NCBI GenBank assembly: GCA_934120315.1
Contig: CAKOTX010000003.1
Coordinates: forward strand, 3,661 to 67,660
Reading direction: 5' to 3'
DNA length: 64,000 nucleotides
Origin: an uncultured Clostridia bacterium
GTDB taxonomy: Bacteria; Bacillota; Clostridia; TANB77; CAG-508
Shown here: positions 1 through 10,619 of the stretch, piece after piece
Layout: every line of letters starts with the position of its first letter
Numbering within the stretch: position 1 is the stretch's first letter
The notes under the pieces: generated by a model
What the model saw: only the letters and a program-made list of their open reading frames with translations
What the model was told of the DNA's origin: nothing
Databases searched by the model: none
Position numbers and translations under genes: made by a program

Positions 1-44
1 AAACTAAAACAGTCTAATATTAGACTGTTTTAGTTTTTTCTTTG
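1..44 (+). terminator. Perfect 16-bp-stem hairpin followed by a T-run; intrinsic terminator for a gene upstream of the window
   Basis: aaactaaaacagtcta/atat/tagactgttttagttt is a perfect inverted repeat followed by ttttttc. Confidence 0.5.
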
Positions 45-324
45 TCTTTAGATGTTGCTTTATTATTCTTTATTTCTTCATATTTTTTTAACCATTCTTG
101 ATACATATAAATCCCTCCCTCATAATATCTCTACTTTTAGTAAAATATTATTATGATTTACTAAATTATATGAATATTTTTTCAAAAAGTCAATACTTTT
201 TTTAAAGTTTCTTAAGTTTGTAAAATAGCTATTTCGAGCCTTTTATCAGACTGTTAAAATCAATTTTAAGCCTTTTTATTTTGAATCAATATAGTTTTAT
301 ACCTCAATTTTATTCATGAAACTT

Positions 325-591
325 CTAGTATTCTATTGTTCCATACTTTGCCATTATCTTTTTCTTCATTTTCATATGTTGATTTTTTAATTTGGTCATT
401 TTTTTCTTGTATTTTTGATTCAATTTCTTGTATTTTTTCTCTATTTTTTCTTCCATTTTCAACTCTGCTATTTCCCAAGGTTCCATTGGATCTATTATCT
501 CCACTGGTTCTTTCAAATACCAATCTGCTATTTTTTGAAGTATCTTGTTTTTCTTTTTTTTCAATGTATTCGAGATTTTCATTATAATCAC
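325..591 (-). CDS. Small lysine-rich hypothetical protein (88 aa)
   Basis: ORF only, highly basic with low complexity, in an AT-rich non-coding-looking region. Confidence 0.2.
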   Translation of the reverse strand: MIIMKISNTLKKKKNKILQKIADWYLKEPVEIIDPMEPWEIAELKMEEKIEKKYKKLNQKYKKKMTKLKNQHMKMKKKIMAKYGTIEY

Positions 592-1072
592 CTTTCTTAT
601 TAAAATGATTATATATATCGTCTTTTACTTTGTCAACATTTTTTTATTTTTAAAATAATTATATAGAAGATTTAAAGAAAAAAATTGAAGAGAGTTTATA
701 TCAACCTCTCCTCTTTTCTTTTCATCTAAATATACTTAAATATATTTCGCCATTTCAACAATTTCAGCAAAAGTTTCTTTTTGAGCTATGTACCTAAGGC
801 TTTCAGGAGACAGTACTAAAAAATAAGTAACTAGTAATTCATATTCAGACTGTTTTTTTATATTTAAAATTTTTATCATTTGTAAAGACTTAATAAAATA
901 GTATTTCAAACTAATCACCTCTCTATAATCAATGTTAACATATTTTATGTTAATTGTATGTCGAAGTTTAGCTTCAAAATTTTTTTATTATGACCTATTC
1001 TACTAATTTTCGATATAAATACAAAAAAGTCCTAACAATCTGCATAAAAACAACATTGTTAGAACTTTTTAT

Positions 1073-1408
1073 TTAGTCAATATTGGGAACTTTGAATTGA
1101 GAAATAATCTTTTCTGCTTCCTGAACCGTAATGAATTTTTTATCCATCATCGTTTTCTTAAGACTAGCTAAGAATCCATCATTTTGATTGTAAATCTCTG
1201 TATAAACTTGATCGACATCAAGCTTATTTTTGGACTTCAATACAATTTTGGCATACAAATTTGCATAAATGAAACTAATATCTGCCAAATAACGATAAAT
1301 ATCCTCAATTGAAACACCTTGACCAGGACTGTCGTAAATCATGATTTTTTCCATGTCACTTTCCAAATCTTGACCTAATGAATTGTATGGAAGCCATTGC
1401 TTTTCCAT
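1073..1408 (-). CDS. Hypothetical protein; start trimmed to the internal ATG that has a GGGAGG RBS
   Basis: ORF downstream of rho with GGGAGG 9 nt before MEKQWLPYN; no recognisable family. Confidence 0.45.
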   Translation of the reverse strand: MEKQWLPYNSLGQDLESDMEKIMIYDSPGQGVSIEDIYRYLADISFIYANLYAKIVLKSKNKLDVDQVYTEIYNQNDGFLASLKKTMMDKKFITVQEAEKIISQFKVPNID

Positions 1409-1544
1409 AATTGTTTTCCTCCCAAAATTAATGTGTGTAAGGATTTTCCTATAAACGAATAGTTTAATTTTATCATAATATTTCATCAAAGTCAAATAAA
1501 ACAAAGAATAAAACCAGCTATCTAAGAGATAACTGGTCTAAAAT

Positions 1545-2900
1545 CTAATTTTTGTAATTTCTTAAATATGAATCCATTTTTTCTATGAATTCAGCATTAT
1601 TTTTAGTTTGAGTCATTTGAGTGATAATTTGTTCTGTTACATCAGCAACAGGTAAATTATTTAATGCTTTTCTTAATGCAAATACTGTTTCCATTTCAGG
1701 TTTTGTTAATAACAAATCTTCTCTTCTTGTTCCAGATTTATTTACATCTATTGCAGGGAAAATACGTTTTTCAGATAGTTTTCTATCTAGGTGTACTTCC
1801 ATATTACCTGTACCTTTAAATTCCTCAAATATTACATCATCCATTCTGCTTCCTGTTTCAATTAATGCTGTTGCTAATATTGTTAAACTTCCACCATTTT
1901 CAATATTTCTTGCAGCTCCAAAGAATTTTTTTGGTTTATGCAATGCAGCTGGATCAAGACCACCTGATAGTGTTTTTCCTGATGAAGGCATTACTAAGTT
2001 ATATGCTCTTGCTAATCTTGTAATACTGTCTAATAGGATTACTACGTCTTTGTTGTGTTCAATAATTCTTTTTGCTCTTTCAAGAACCATTTCAGCAACT
2101 TTTACATGATGTTCAGGCATTTCATCAAATGTTGAATAAATAACTTGTCCTTTTATTGAACGTTTCATATCTGTTACTTCTTCTGGTCTCTCATCAATTA
2201 GAAGTACAATTAATTCGACTTCTGGATTGTTTGCTGAAATACTATTTGCTATTTTCTTTAATAATGTTGTTTTTCCAACTTTTGGTGGAGCTACAATCAT
2301 TCCTCTTTGTCCTTTTCCAATAGGAGAGATTAAATCTATTATTCTCATTGCATATTCTGTTGGAACTGTTTCTAGTTTTAGTCTTTCATTTGGATAAATT
2401 GGTGTTAATTCATCAAATCTTTTTCTTTTTGCAGCTTTTTCTGGATGTTCTCCATTTACTTCTCCAACAAATATTAAAGATGGAAATTTTTCCCCTTCTT
2501 TTGTTCTTGAAATACCTTTTATAATATCTCCTGTATCTAATTTGAATCTTCTTATTTGGATAGGTGATATGTATACATCTTTAGGACTTGATAAATAATT
2601 GTCTCCTCTTAGGAATCCATATCCATCTGGCAATACTTCTAGGATTCCTTCAACAATTTCATCATCCTCGTTTGTTACCTTGTAGTCTATAACAGCTTCT
2701 CCAGCTTCTTCAAATTGTTCTTCATCATTTTTATCATATCTAATTTCTTCTTTTGGCTCTTCATGTGGCTTAGATGTTTCTGCTACTTGTTTTAGCAAGT
2801 CAATTAACTCATCTTTTTTTAATTTTGAAATATTTTTAATATTTTGTTCTTTGGCAAAATTTCTCAATTCTAATAATGTCATATTTTCTAATTCTGACAT
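1545..2900 (-). CDS. rho: Transcription termination factor Rho with N-terminal insertion domain
   Basis: Walker A GKTTLL, RNA-binding and ATPase core motifs, 451 aa as in Clostridia. Confidence 0.9.
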   Translation of the reverse strand: MSELENMTLLELRNFAKEQNIKNISKLKKDELIDLLKQVAETSKPHEEPKEEIRYDKNDEEQFEEAGEAVIDYKVTNEDDEIVEGILEVLPDGYGFLRGDNYLSSPKDVYISPIQIRRFKLDTGDIIKGISRTKEGEKFPSLIFVGEVNGEHPEKAAKRKRFDELTPIYPNERLKLETVPTEYAMRIIDLISPIGKGQRGMIVAPPKVGKTTLLKKIANSISANNPEVELIVLLIDERPEEVTDMKRSIKGQVIYSTFDEMPEHHVKVAEMVLERAKRIIEHNKDVVILLDSITRLARAYNLVMPSSGKTLSGGLDPAALHKPKKFFGAARNIENGGSLTILATALIETGSRMDDVIFEEFKGTGNMEVHLDRKLSEKRIFPAIDVNKSGTRREDLLLTKPEMETVFALRKALNNLPVADVTEQIITQMTQTKNNAEFIEKMDSYLRNYKN

Positions 2901-3007
2901 AAGCTACCTCCTATTATATTATTTTATATATTTTTATCTGGATTAATTTGTAGATTTTAATATTTAAAAAAATAAAATCCTTAAAACTTGAATGTTGTTT
3001 TAAGGAT

Positions 3008-3289
3008 TTACATGTTACTATCGACATAAACTCTTTCGTTTTGTAAATACATTCCTAGTTTTTCACGTGCTAATTTTTCTATATAATCTAATGATGTTAT
3101 ATTTTGTTTTTCTTGTTCTAAATTTTCTTTGTTTTGATTTAATTCACTTTCTGCTACATCTATTTTAGATGATAAACTTTTTATTTCGTCTTGATATTGT
3201 GAAATACTTATCTGCTGTTTAATTAACATTACTCCCCATACTATTAAGGCTATAAGAAATGCATTTCTTAGTAATTTGTTTTTCTTCAT
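3008..3289 (-). CDS. divIC: Septum formation initiator DivIC/FtsB family
   Basis: N-terminal TM then coiled coil; sits after yabP-yabQ as in Bacillus. Confidence 0.7.
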   Translation of the reverse strand: MKKNKLLRNAFLIALIVWGVMLIKQQISISQYQDEIKSLSSKIDVAESELNQNKENLEQEKQNITSLDYIEKLAREKLGMYLQNERVYVDSNM

Positions 3290-3330
3290 ATGTATTCTCT
3301 CTTTTCTAAAAAAATAATCTTACATATATA

Positions 3331-3771
3331 TTATTCTCCATCTTTTACCATTTTCCCCTTTTTTATTTTCAATTTTTTTGAAAAAATATTAAATATTTTC
3401 ATAATAACTGTAAAAAACTTGTGAAATATTGAAAATAATGTTTTAAAAGGTAGTTCTAAGACTTTAACAATCAAAATTAAAATTTTTGATAATAATGAAA
3501 TTATTATATTACTTAATGTAAGCATATATATAAGAACTCCCATTATTATTCCTAAAAACATGTATATACGTATTTCTCCATTATTGAAGTACCATATGTT
3601 ATATAGAATCAAAACTCCTGTTAAAATCCAAAATAAGACGTCTTCAAAATATGTTATGATATTAGATGTTTTAAAACTTCTTCTTAAAATTCTAAAAAAA
3701 TCAAATAATAGGCCTATAATAACACCAGTTAATGAAAAAACGATAAATAAATATGCTTGATTTTGAGCCAT
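3331..3771 (-). CDS. yabQ: Spore cortex biosynthesis membrane protein YabQ-like
   Basis: Polytopic small membrane protein between yabP and divIC (synteny). Confidence 0.55.
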   Translation of the reverse strand: MAQNQAYLFIVFSLTGVIIGLLFDFFRILRRSFKTSNIITYFEDVLFWILTGVLILYNIWYFNNGEIRIYMFLGIIMGVLIYMLTLSNIIISLLSKILILIVKVLELPFKTLFSIFHKFFTVIMKIFNIFSKKLKIKKGKMVKDGE

Positions 3772-3785
3772 AATAATTCGCCTTT

Positions 3786-4091
3786 CTATTTAAAGATTTT
3801 ACTTAATATTGTTCCTGAGCTTTTTTCTTGCTTGTTTTGACTGTATGCTAGACTTGAAATTTCTCCTTCTATAATTACTTCTGCAGTATCTAAACTTAAT
3901 TTATTAATTCTTATATTTTCTCCTTTGACTGTTAATAATCCTAATTCAGTATCTACCATTACTACTTGATCATCAAAGCTCAAAACATCATTTACTCCTG
4001 ATACACTTAACTTGCCTCGGTTTTCTAACACTAAATTTTGTACTATATTAGTATTTAAATTTACATTCATGTTTTTTCTTTCATCTATCAT
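3786..4091 (-). CDS. yabP: Sporulation protein YabP
   Basis: YabP family sequence (LSVSGVNDVLSFDDQVV...GENIRINKLSL); 101 aa from the internal ATG with GGGGAGGAG RBS. Confidence 0.8.
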   Translation of the reverse strand: MIDERKNMNVNLNTNIVQNLVLENRGKLSVSGVNDVLSFDDQVVMVDTELGLLTVKGENIRINKLSLDTAEVIIEGEISSLAYSQNKQEKSSGTILSKIFK

Positions 4092-4188
4092 CTTTTGCTC
4101 TCCTCCCCACACTCATACTACATTATAATATGCAAAAATGTGTGAAGATAGAACTAAAAGAGGATGATTAATTCACCCTCCTTTGTGT

Positions 4189-6834
4189 CTATTTTAATCT
4201 TTCTTCAAGATTTTTTAACATATTTTGATATTTTTCAAGTTTTACTTTTTCTTCATTAATTTTAGCTTCTGGAGCCTTATTAACAAATCCTGGATTTGAA
4301 AGCATTTTGCTTGCTCTTTCAATTTCTGCAATAACCTTTTTCTTTTCTTCTTCCATACGTTTTCTTTCTTCTTCAATGTCAACAAGTTCCTCAAATGGAA
4401 TATATAATTCAATTCCATCTGTTATGATTGATAATGCATTTTGTGCAATTCCTTCTTTATTTTCTTGAACTTTAATATTTTCACTATATCCCAATTTCTT
4501 TAAAAATCCTTCAGATTGATTTATTAAATCTTTATATTTTGTTGTTACAAATATTAATTCTGTCTTTTTTGATGGATGTACATTTGAACTTGCTCTTAAA
4601 TTACGAATTCCTATAATTATTTCTTTTAATTTTTCAATTTCTTCTTCATCGGCTTTAAAATTATATTTCTCATCAAATTGTGGGAATTTTGAAATCATTA
4701 TACTTTCATCAATATTAAATAATTGCAAATATATTTCTTCTGTTATAAATGGCATAATTGGATGTAATAATTTTAATGAATTCATTAATACTTCATTTAA
4801 TGTTATTTGTGCCATTAATTTACTTTCTTTATCATCACCATATAAACGTGTTTTTACAATTTCTATATACCAATCACAGAATTCATTCCATATAAAGTCA
4901 TATATTTTTTGTGTTGCAACACCTAAATCATAATTTGTAATATTTTCATTTACTTCTTTTGATAATGTATTTAATTTTGATATTATCCATTTATCTTCCT
5001 TAGCTAATTTAGCTGTATCAATTTCATCTAATTTTGGTAATTTTTCAACACCATCTAAATTCATTAATACGAATTTTGCAGCATTCCATAATTTATTTGC
5101 AAAGTTTGATGCTTGTTCTAGTTTTTCTGGCATATATCTTATGTCATTTCCTGCTGAGATTCCTAAAATTAATGAAAATCTTAATGCATCTGTACTATAT
5201 TGATCAATAACTTCTAATGGGTCTATTCCATTTCCTAATGATTTTGACATTTTTCTACCTTGGCTATCTCTTACAATACCATGTATTAATATATCACTAA
5301 ATGGCTTTTGTTTCATACATTCTAATCCAGAGAATATCATTCTTGCTACCCAGAAGAATATTATGTCATATCCTGTTACTAATACATTTGTTGGATAAAA
5401 TGTTTTTAAATCTTCACTATCCATATTAGGCCAGCCAAGTGTTGAAAATGGCCATAATGCTGAACTAAACCATGTATCAAGAGAGTCTTCATCTTGATGT
5501 AATTTTGTTGAACCACATTTTTCACATTTTTCTGGTGCTGTTTTGCTTACATTTATATGTCCACATTCATCACAATAATATGCTGGTATTCTATGTCCCC
5601 ACCATAATTGACGTGATATACACCAATCTTGAATATTTTCCATCCAGTTAAAATATGTTTTTTCATATCTCTTTGGAATAAATTTTATATCATCTTCTTT
5701 AACTGCTTTTATTGCTGGTTCTGCTAATTCTTTCATTTTTACAAACCATTGATTTGATATTCTTGGTTCTACTGTGTTATGACATCTATAACATTTTCCA
5801 ACATTATGTGTATAATCTTCTGTTTTAACAAGTGCACCTATTTCTTCTAGTTTTTTTACTATTAGTTTACGTGCTTCTAATGTTGTTAATCCTTTATATT
5901 CTGGTACTAAATCTTCCATTATTGATGAATCATCAAATACTTCTACTATTTCTAGATTATGTCTTAATCCTGCTTGATAGTCATTCATATCATGTGCTGG
6001 TGTTATTTTTACACAACCTGTTCCAAAGTCTTTTTCTACAAAATCATCTGCAATTATTGGAATTTCTTTATTCATAATTGGTAATATACATGTTTTTCCA
6101 ATTATATCTTTATATCTTTCATCTTCTGGATGTACTGCAACAGCACTATCTCCTAGCATTGTTTCAGGTCTTGTTGTTGCAACTATTACATATCTGTCTG
6201 TTCCTTTTATTTGATATCTTATATGCCATAAATGTGATGATTCTTCTTCAAATTCAACTTCTGCATCTGATAATGATGTATGACAAGATGGACACCAGTT
6301 TATCATTCTTGTTCCTTTATATATTAATCCTTTATTATATAAAGTTACAAATTGTTCTAATACAGCTTGTGATAGTCCTTCGTCCATTGTAAATCTTGAA
6401 CGTTCCCAATCACATGAACAGCCTAATTTACGTTGTTGTTTTTGGATTGTTCCTCCATATTCTTTTGTCCAAGCCCATGCTCTTTCTAAGAATTGTTCTC
6501 TTGTTATATCAGCTTTTGTTAATCCTTCTTCTTTTTTCATTTTTTCTACAACTTTTACTTCTGTTGCAATTGCTGCATGGTCTGTTCCTGGTACCCATAA
6601 TGTGTTATATCCACACATTCTTTTATATCTTATTAACATATCTTGCATTGTTCCATCTAATGCATGTCCCATGTGTAATTTTCCTGTTACATTTGGTGGT
6701 GGCATTACTATACAAAAACTTTCTTTTCTTTTATCCATTGATGGCTTAAAATAGCCTTTATTTTCCCATTCATTATATAATTTTTCTTCGAATTCTTTTG
6801 GATTATATTTATCCATTAGCTTGTGATTACTCAT
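4189..6834 (-). CDS. valS: Valine--tRNA ligase
   Basis: HMGH and KMSKS class I motifs, 880 aa; start at ATG 6834 with AAAGGAG RBS (the track ORF begins at an upstream TTG). Confidence 0.95.
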   Translation of the reverse strand: MSNHKLMDKYNPKEFEEKLYNEWENKGYFKPSMDKRKESFCIVMPPPNVTGKLHMGHALDGTMQDMLIRYKRMCGYNTLWVPGTDHAAIATEVKVVEKMKKEEGLTKADITREQFLERAWAWTKEYGGTIQKQQRKLGCSCDWERSRFTMDEGLSQAVLEQFVTLYNKGLIYKGTRMINWCPSCHTSLSDAEVEFEEESSHLWHIRYQIKGTDRYVIVATTRPETMLGDSAVAVHPEDERYKDIIGKTCILPIMNKEIPIIADDFVEKDFGTGCVKITPAHDMNDYQAGLRHNLEIVEVFDDSSIMEDLVPEYKGLTTLEARKLIVKKLEEIGALVKTEDYTHNVGKCYRCHNTVEPRISNQWFVKMKELAEPAIKAVKEDDIKFIPKRYEKTYFNWMENIQDWCISRQLWWGHRIPAYYCDECGHINVSKTAPEKCEKCGSTKLHQDEDSLDTWFSSALWPFSTLGWPNMDSEDLKTFYPTNVLVTGYDIIFFWVARMIFSGLECMKQKPFSDILIHGIVRDSQGRKMSKSLGNGIDPLEVIDQYSTDALRFSLILGISAGNDIRYMPEKLEQASNFANKLWNAAKFVLMNLDGVEKLPKLDEIDTAKLAKEDKWIISKLNTLSKEVNENITNYDLGVATQKIYDFIWNEFCDWYIEIVKTRLYGDDKESKLMAQITLNEVLMNSLKLLHPIMPFITEEIYLQLFNIDESIMISKFPQFDEKYNFKADEEEIEKLKEIIIGIRNLRASSNVHPSKKTELIFVTTKYKDLINQSEGFLKKLGYSENIKVQENKEGIAQNALSIITDGIELYIPFEELVDIEEERKRMEEEKKKVIAEIERASKMLSNPGFVNKAPEAKINEEKVKLEKYQNMLKNLEERLK

Positions 6835-6861
6835 ATATCTCTCGCTCCTTTCATGTACCAA

Positions 6862-7110
6862 AAAACTCGCCTATATGCATCTATATAGCATAAGGGCGAG
6901 TTTTATATCTCACGGTACCACCTTAATTATTATCTTTTTTGATAATTTCTCATTTTGCTTTAACGCAGCATTACGAATAATCTTACTACTATTTCAGATT
7001 ACCAACTCAAAAGCTACCTTCCATTTGCCTTTATTTAAGAAGCTTTCAGCCACGACTTCTTTTCTCTACAAATAGTTCAAATGTACTCCTCTTTTTCTTT
7101 GTTTTTACTA
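6862..7110 (-). promoter_or_regulatory. T-box riboswitch leader of valS
   Basis: Minus-strand RNA carries AATTAAGGTGGTACCGTG (T-box consensus) followed by terminator stem AAAACTCGCCC...GGGCGAGTTTTTT immediately 5' of valS. Confidence 0.8.
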
Positions 7111-7208
7111 TGTGATTATATTATCACAATTTTATGTGAATTGCAATAGTTTTAAGAAAAAAAAGAACCATAGTAAGAATAATTTTCTCACTATGGCTCT
7201 TTTTTAGA

Positions 7209-7595
7209 TTAGTAGCCGTACCACAGTTCACAATCTGCCCATTTTTTAGGCGCCTCGTAAATAACTTTTTTGTTCCTATCCATTATAGATAGTAACACGC
7301 ATTTTTGCTCACTAAAAGCAACTCGAGACCAGTTAATTTGCAGATTCGGTGTGAAAAGATGATTGCGATTCACAAGCTTGCGATTTTGATATCCAAGGAA
7401 CAGTTCCTGCTCGTATTTAGAAGAAACTGTCGGATTTTCAACAAGTTTTTCGTAAATCGGATTCAAAGTATCCAGGTCGAAAAGCATGATTGCTTTCTTC
7501 CCTTTGCCGAGAGTTGCCCACTGGATAAGCCCTTTTTCAAAGACCTCCACATCTTCTGTAGACAAAGTATCATAACATGCGAAACTTTTAATCAT
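7209..7595 (-). CDS. Hypothetical protein, gene 2 of a GC-rich two-gene cassette
   Basis: ORF with AGGGAGG RBS 6 nt before MIKSF; local GC about 40% against a 27% background. Confidence 0.5.
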   Translation of the reverse strand: MIKSFACYDTLSTEDVEVFEKGLIQWATLGKGKKAIMLFDLDTLNPIYEKLVENPTVSSKYEQELFLGYQNRKLVNRNHLFTPNLQINWSRVAFSEQKCVLLSIMDRNKKVIYEAPKKWADCELWYGY

Positions 7596-7606
7596 GTTGT
7601 CCTCCC

Positions 7607-7981
7607 TTACTGTTCTTCGCATTTCTTTTTGTATTCGAGGAATACAACGTTACTTGGATTGGTAGACATATGATAAACAACATCGCCATCAATAAAAACT
7701 TGAGAGATAACCACATCCGCCCCATATTCATTTTTGAACGGATATATAATATATTCTACTCGAGTTCTTACCAAGACTCCGTCAAGCATTCTCATACAAG
7801 TACCGCCATCCAGAGTGTATGCATATACATCATATTTGCACCAGCCTTTGGTACAAATTTCATGCATATCCTCACTTGTCATACAAACCATTACCTTCGG
7901 GTCACTTTTCAAAATATCCAAGAGAATTCCTTTAAAGGTTGCTTCTCTTACTTCTTTCCGGACACAATCCAAATTTTTCAT
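7607..7981 (-). CDS. Hypothetical Cys-rich protein, gene 1 of the GC-rich cassette
   Basis: ORF with AAGGGGG RBS; its 3' end carries the RBS of the next gene; atypical composition. Confidence 0.5.
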   Translation of the reverse strand: MKNLDCVRKEVREATFKGILLDILKSDPKVMVCMTSEDMHEICTKGWCKYDVYAYTLDGGTCMRMLDGVLVRTRVEYIIYPFKNEYGADVVISQVFIDGDVVYHMSTNPSNVVFLEYKKKCEEQ

Positions 7982-8157
7982 TTTTTGTACCCCCTTAGTA
8001 AAGTACGTAAAAATATATTATCATGCCGTTTGGCACATTTCGTTTGCTATTATAACACTTTTATATGAAAAAATCTATATTTTAAGCAAAAAAAAATATG
8101 TTTTTACTCAAAAAAATAGAGCATTATAGCCATTTAACTATAATACTCTTATATATT

Positions 8158-9318
8158 TTAATATGCTTGTCTATATAAATTAATGAAATCTTCTTTTGAA
8201 ACTTCTCTTGGATTTCCTGGTTTACAAGGATCTTGCATAGCTTTATTTGCTAATAACTCGAAATCTTCTTCTCTTGCACCAACATCTTTTACCCTTTGAG
8301 TGATTCCAACTGATTTTGATAATTCAGATATCATCCATACAAATGTATTTATAACATCTTGATCATTCAAATGTGCTGCATCTGGTCTTCCAATTTCACA
8401 TAAGATTTCTCTAAATCTTTGTGCTGTTGCTGGATCTTGTCCGTTAAATCTCATTACTGTTGGTAATAATATTGCATTTGCAAGTCCATGTGGTGTGTCA
8501 TAAACAGCTCCTAATTGATGTGCCATTGAATGTACAATTCCTAAACCTACATTTGAGAATCCCATTCCAGCTGTATATTGAGCTAATCCCATCATTTCAA
8601 CTGCTTTTTCATCTTTTTCATTTACTGCAGCTGGTAAATATTTAAAGATTAATTTTATTGCTTGCATATGGAACATATCTGACATTGTGTTATGTGCTTT
8701 TGTGATATATCCTTCTATACCATGCGTTAATGCATCCATTCCTGTTGCAGCTGCGATTGATTTTGGCATTGATGCCATTAAATCAGAATCAACAATTGCT
8801 AAAATTGGAACATCATTTGGATCTACACATACCATTTTGATTTCTCTTTCTTCATCTGTTATTACATAATTTATTGTTACTTCTGCAGCTGTTCCAGATG
8901 TTGTAGGCAATGCAATTACTGGCATTCCTCTGTTTACAGTATTTGATAGACCATTTAATGATACTATGTCTGCTCTATCAGGGTTTGTCATAACTATAGA
9001 TATTCCTTTTGCAGTATCTATACTAGAACCACCACCAACAGCAACAATAACATCAGCTCCAGCTCTTTTACAAGCTTCAACTCCATCTAATACATTTTTT
9101 ATTGTTGGATTTGGTTTAACTTCTGAATAAACTTCATAGTCAATTCCTGCTTTGTCTAATACTTCTGTAACTCTTGCTGAAACTCCACATTCAAATAATG
9201 CTTTGTCTGTTACAACTAATACCTTTTTGAATTTTCTTCTAGTAATTTCTCCAGGTAATTCTTCTCTTGCTCCTTTCCCAAAATATGATGTTTCGTTTAA
9301 TACGAATCTTTCTGCCAT
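8158..9318 (-). CDS. Iron-containing alcohol dehydrogenase (FucO/DhaT-like)
   Basis: GGGSSIDTAK NAD-binding motif and Fe-ADH His cluster; 386 aa. Confidence 0.85.
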   Translation of the reverse strand: MAERFVLNETSYFGKGAREELPGEITRRKFKKVLVVTDKALFECGVSARVTEVLDKAGIDYEVYSEVKPNPTIKNVLDGVEACKRAGADVIVAVGGGSSIDTAKGISIVMTNPDRADIVSLNGLSNTVNRGMPVIALPTTSGTAAEVTINYVITDEEREIKMVCVDPNDVPILAIVDSDLMASMPKSIAAATGMDALTHGIEGYITKAHNTMSDMFHMQAIKLIFKYLPAAVNEKDEKAVEMMGLAQYTAGMGFSNVGLGIVHSMAHQLGAVYDTPHGLANAILLPTVMRFNGQDPATAQRFREILCEIGRPDAAHLNDQDVINTFVWMISELSKSVGITQRVKDVGAREEDFELLANKAMQDPCKPGNPREVSKEDFINLYRQAY

Positions 9319-9383
9319 ATTTTTTCACTCCTTCTTTTGAATTTTTATATATAAAAAAGTTATTAACTTTGTTTATATCTACT

Positions 9384-10043
9384 TTAGTTTTCTGCATAAT
9401 CAGATGGAATTTCAAAAATTGAATCTTTCACATCTTTTTCTAATGTAACTTTTAATAATTCTTGTTTATTATCAAGTATTGTTTTTATATATGTTAAGTT
9501 ATTTTTTGAATCAAAATAAAATCTTGTTTTTACATTAGTATCATTTATATTTATTAGATTTGATATCATAAACATACTGCTTCCGTCATATTCTTCATAT
9601 GAATACTTCTTACCTTTAATTTTTTCTGTTCCAGTTGTATAGCTTTTGCTTATAATTTCTTTAAGCCCATCTGTTACTATTGTTTGTTCAACATTATTTT
9701 CAGTATATACATAATATTCTTTTCTATCATGCAAAATTAAATATGTATTATTATCTTTTACTAATGTAGTTGTATGATTTTCTACATTTGTTTCACTATT
9801 TTTAGTATATTGGTCTATAATAGTTTTATCGCCTTTTTTTGCCATTATTGTCTTATTATTGTTGTTTTTCTCTATTTCGAACAAATATGTTTGACTTTCC
9901 TCTAAGTCTTGATATATTTTAGATAACATTTGCTCTTTAGGGCTATTTTTATTTACTATTTTAACAATGCCAAATATAATTGCTATTATTAAAATTACTA
10001 TTACAATCAAAAAAATTCTTTTGTTTTTTTTCATATATTTCAA
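9384..10043 (-). CDS. Membrane-anchored hypothetical protein
   Basis: N-terminal TM helix and Asn/Lys-rich ectodomain; no recognisable family. Confidence 0.5.
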   Translation of the reverse strand: MKYMKKNKRIFLIVIVILIIAIIFGIVKIVNKNSPKEQMLSKIYQDLEESQTYLFEIEKNNNNKTIMAKKGDKTIIDQYTKNSETNVENHTTTLVKDNNTYLILHDRKEYYVYTENNVEQTIVTDGLKEIISKSYTTGTEKIKGKKYSYEEYDGSSMFMISNLININDTNVKTRFYFDSKNNLTYIKTILDNKQELLKVTLEKDVKDSIFEIPSDYAEN

Positions 10044-10121
10044 CCTTCCTTAGTCTAAATTTATTTTCAATTGTTATTATATCAATAATAATTTTTATTT
10101 ACAATATTTTTCGACATTTTT

Positions 10122-10601
10122 TTATTTCTTTTCAGGCTCTACATATTCTAATGTTCCTGGTATCATTTTATCAATAAAAACAATACCATCTAAGTGGTCT
10201 AATTCATGAGCAACTGCTTGAGCTAATAAATCTTTTGCCTTAATTACAATTTTCTTTCCGCTTCTGTCTAGTGCTTCAACAGTTACTTCTTTAGGTCTTA
10301 TAAGCTTTGCATATTGATTTGGGAAGCTTAAACAACCTTCTTCAACCTCATGCTCACCTTTAGTTTTAGTTATTTTAGGATTTATAAGAACTTTTACACC
10401 AGTATCATCATCAATATCGATTACAACAACTCTTTTTAAAACACCAACTTGTACTGCTGATAATCCCACTCCATTGTATTTATACATAGTTTCAATCATA
10501 TCATCTATTAATGTTTGAATTTTGTCATCAATTACTTCAACTTCTCTGGATTTCTTTTTTAATATTTCATCTTTTTCTAATCTTATATTTCTTATTGCCA
10601 T
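10122..10601 (-). CDS. def: Peptide deformylase
   Basis: EGCLS and HELDHLDG metal-binding motifs. Confidence 0.9.
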   Translation of the reverse strand: MAIRNIRLEKDEILKKKSREVEVIDDKIQTLIDDMIETMYKYNGVGLSAVQVGVLKRVVVIDIDDDTGVKVLINPKITKTKGEHEVEEGCLSFPNQYAKLIRPKEVTVEALDRSGKKIVIKAKDLLAQAVAHELDHLDGIVFIDKMIPGTLEYVEPEKK

Positions 10602-10619
10602 TAAACTCTTCCTTTCTTA

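Noticed and set aside
5832-6749. Leu/Phe-rich ORFs on the plus strand within valS
   Set aside because: Low-complexity antisense frames typical of AT-rich genomes; the minus strand encodes a full ValS.
7305-8129. Plus-strand ORFs (122-132 aa) overlapping the GC-rich cassette
   Set aside because: The minus-strand ORFs have strong RBSs and operon-like spacing, while the plus-strand ORFs lack RBSs and have implausible composition.
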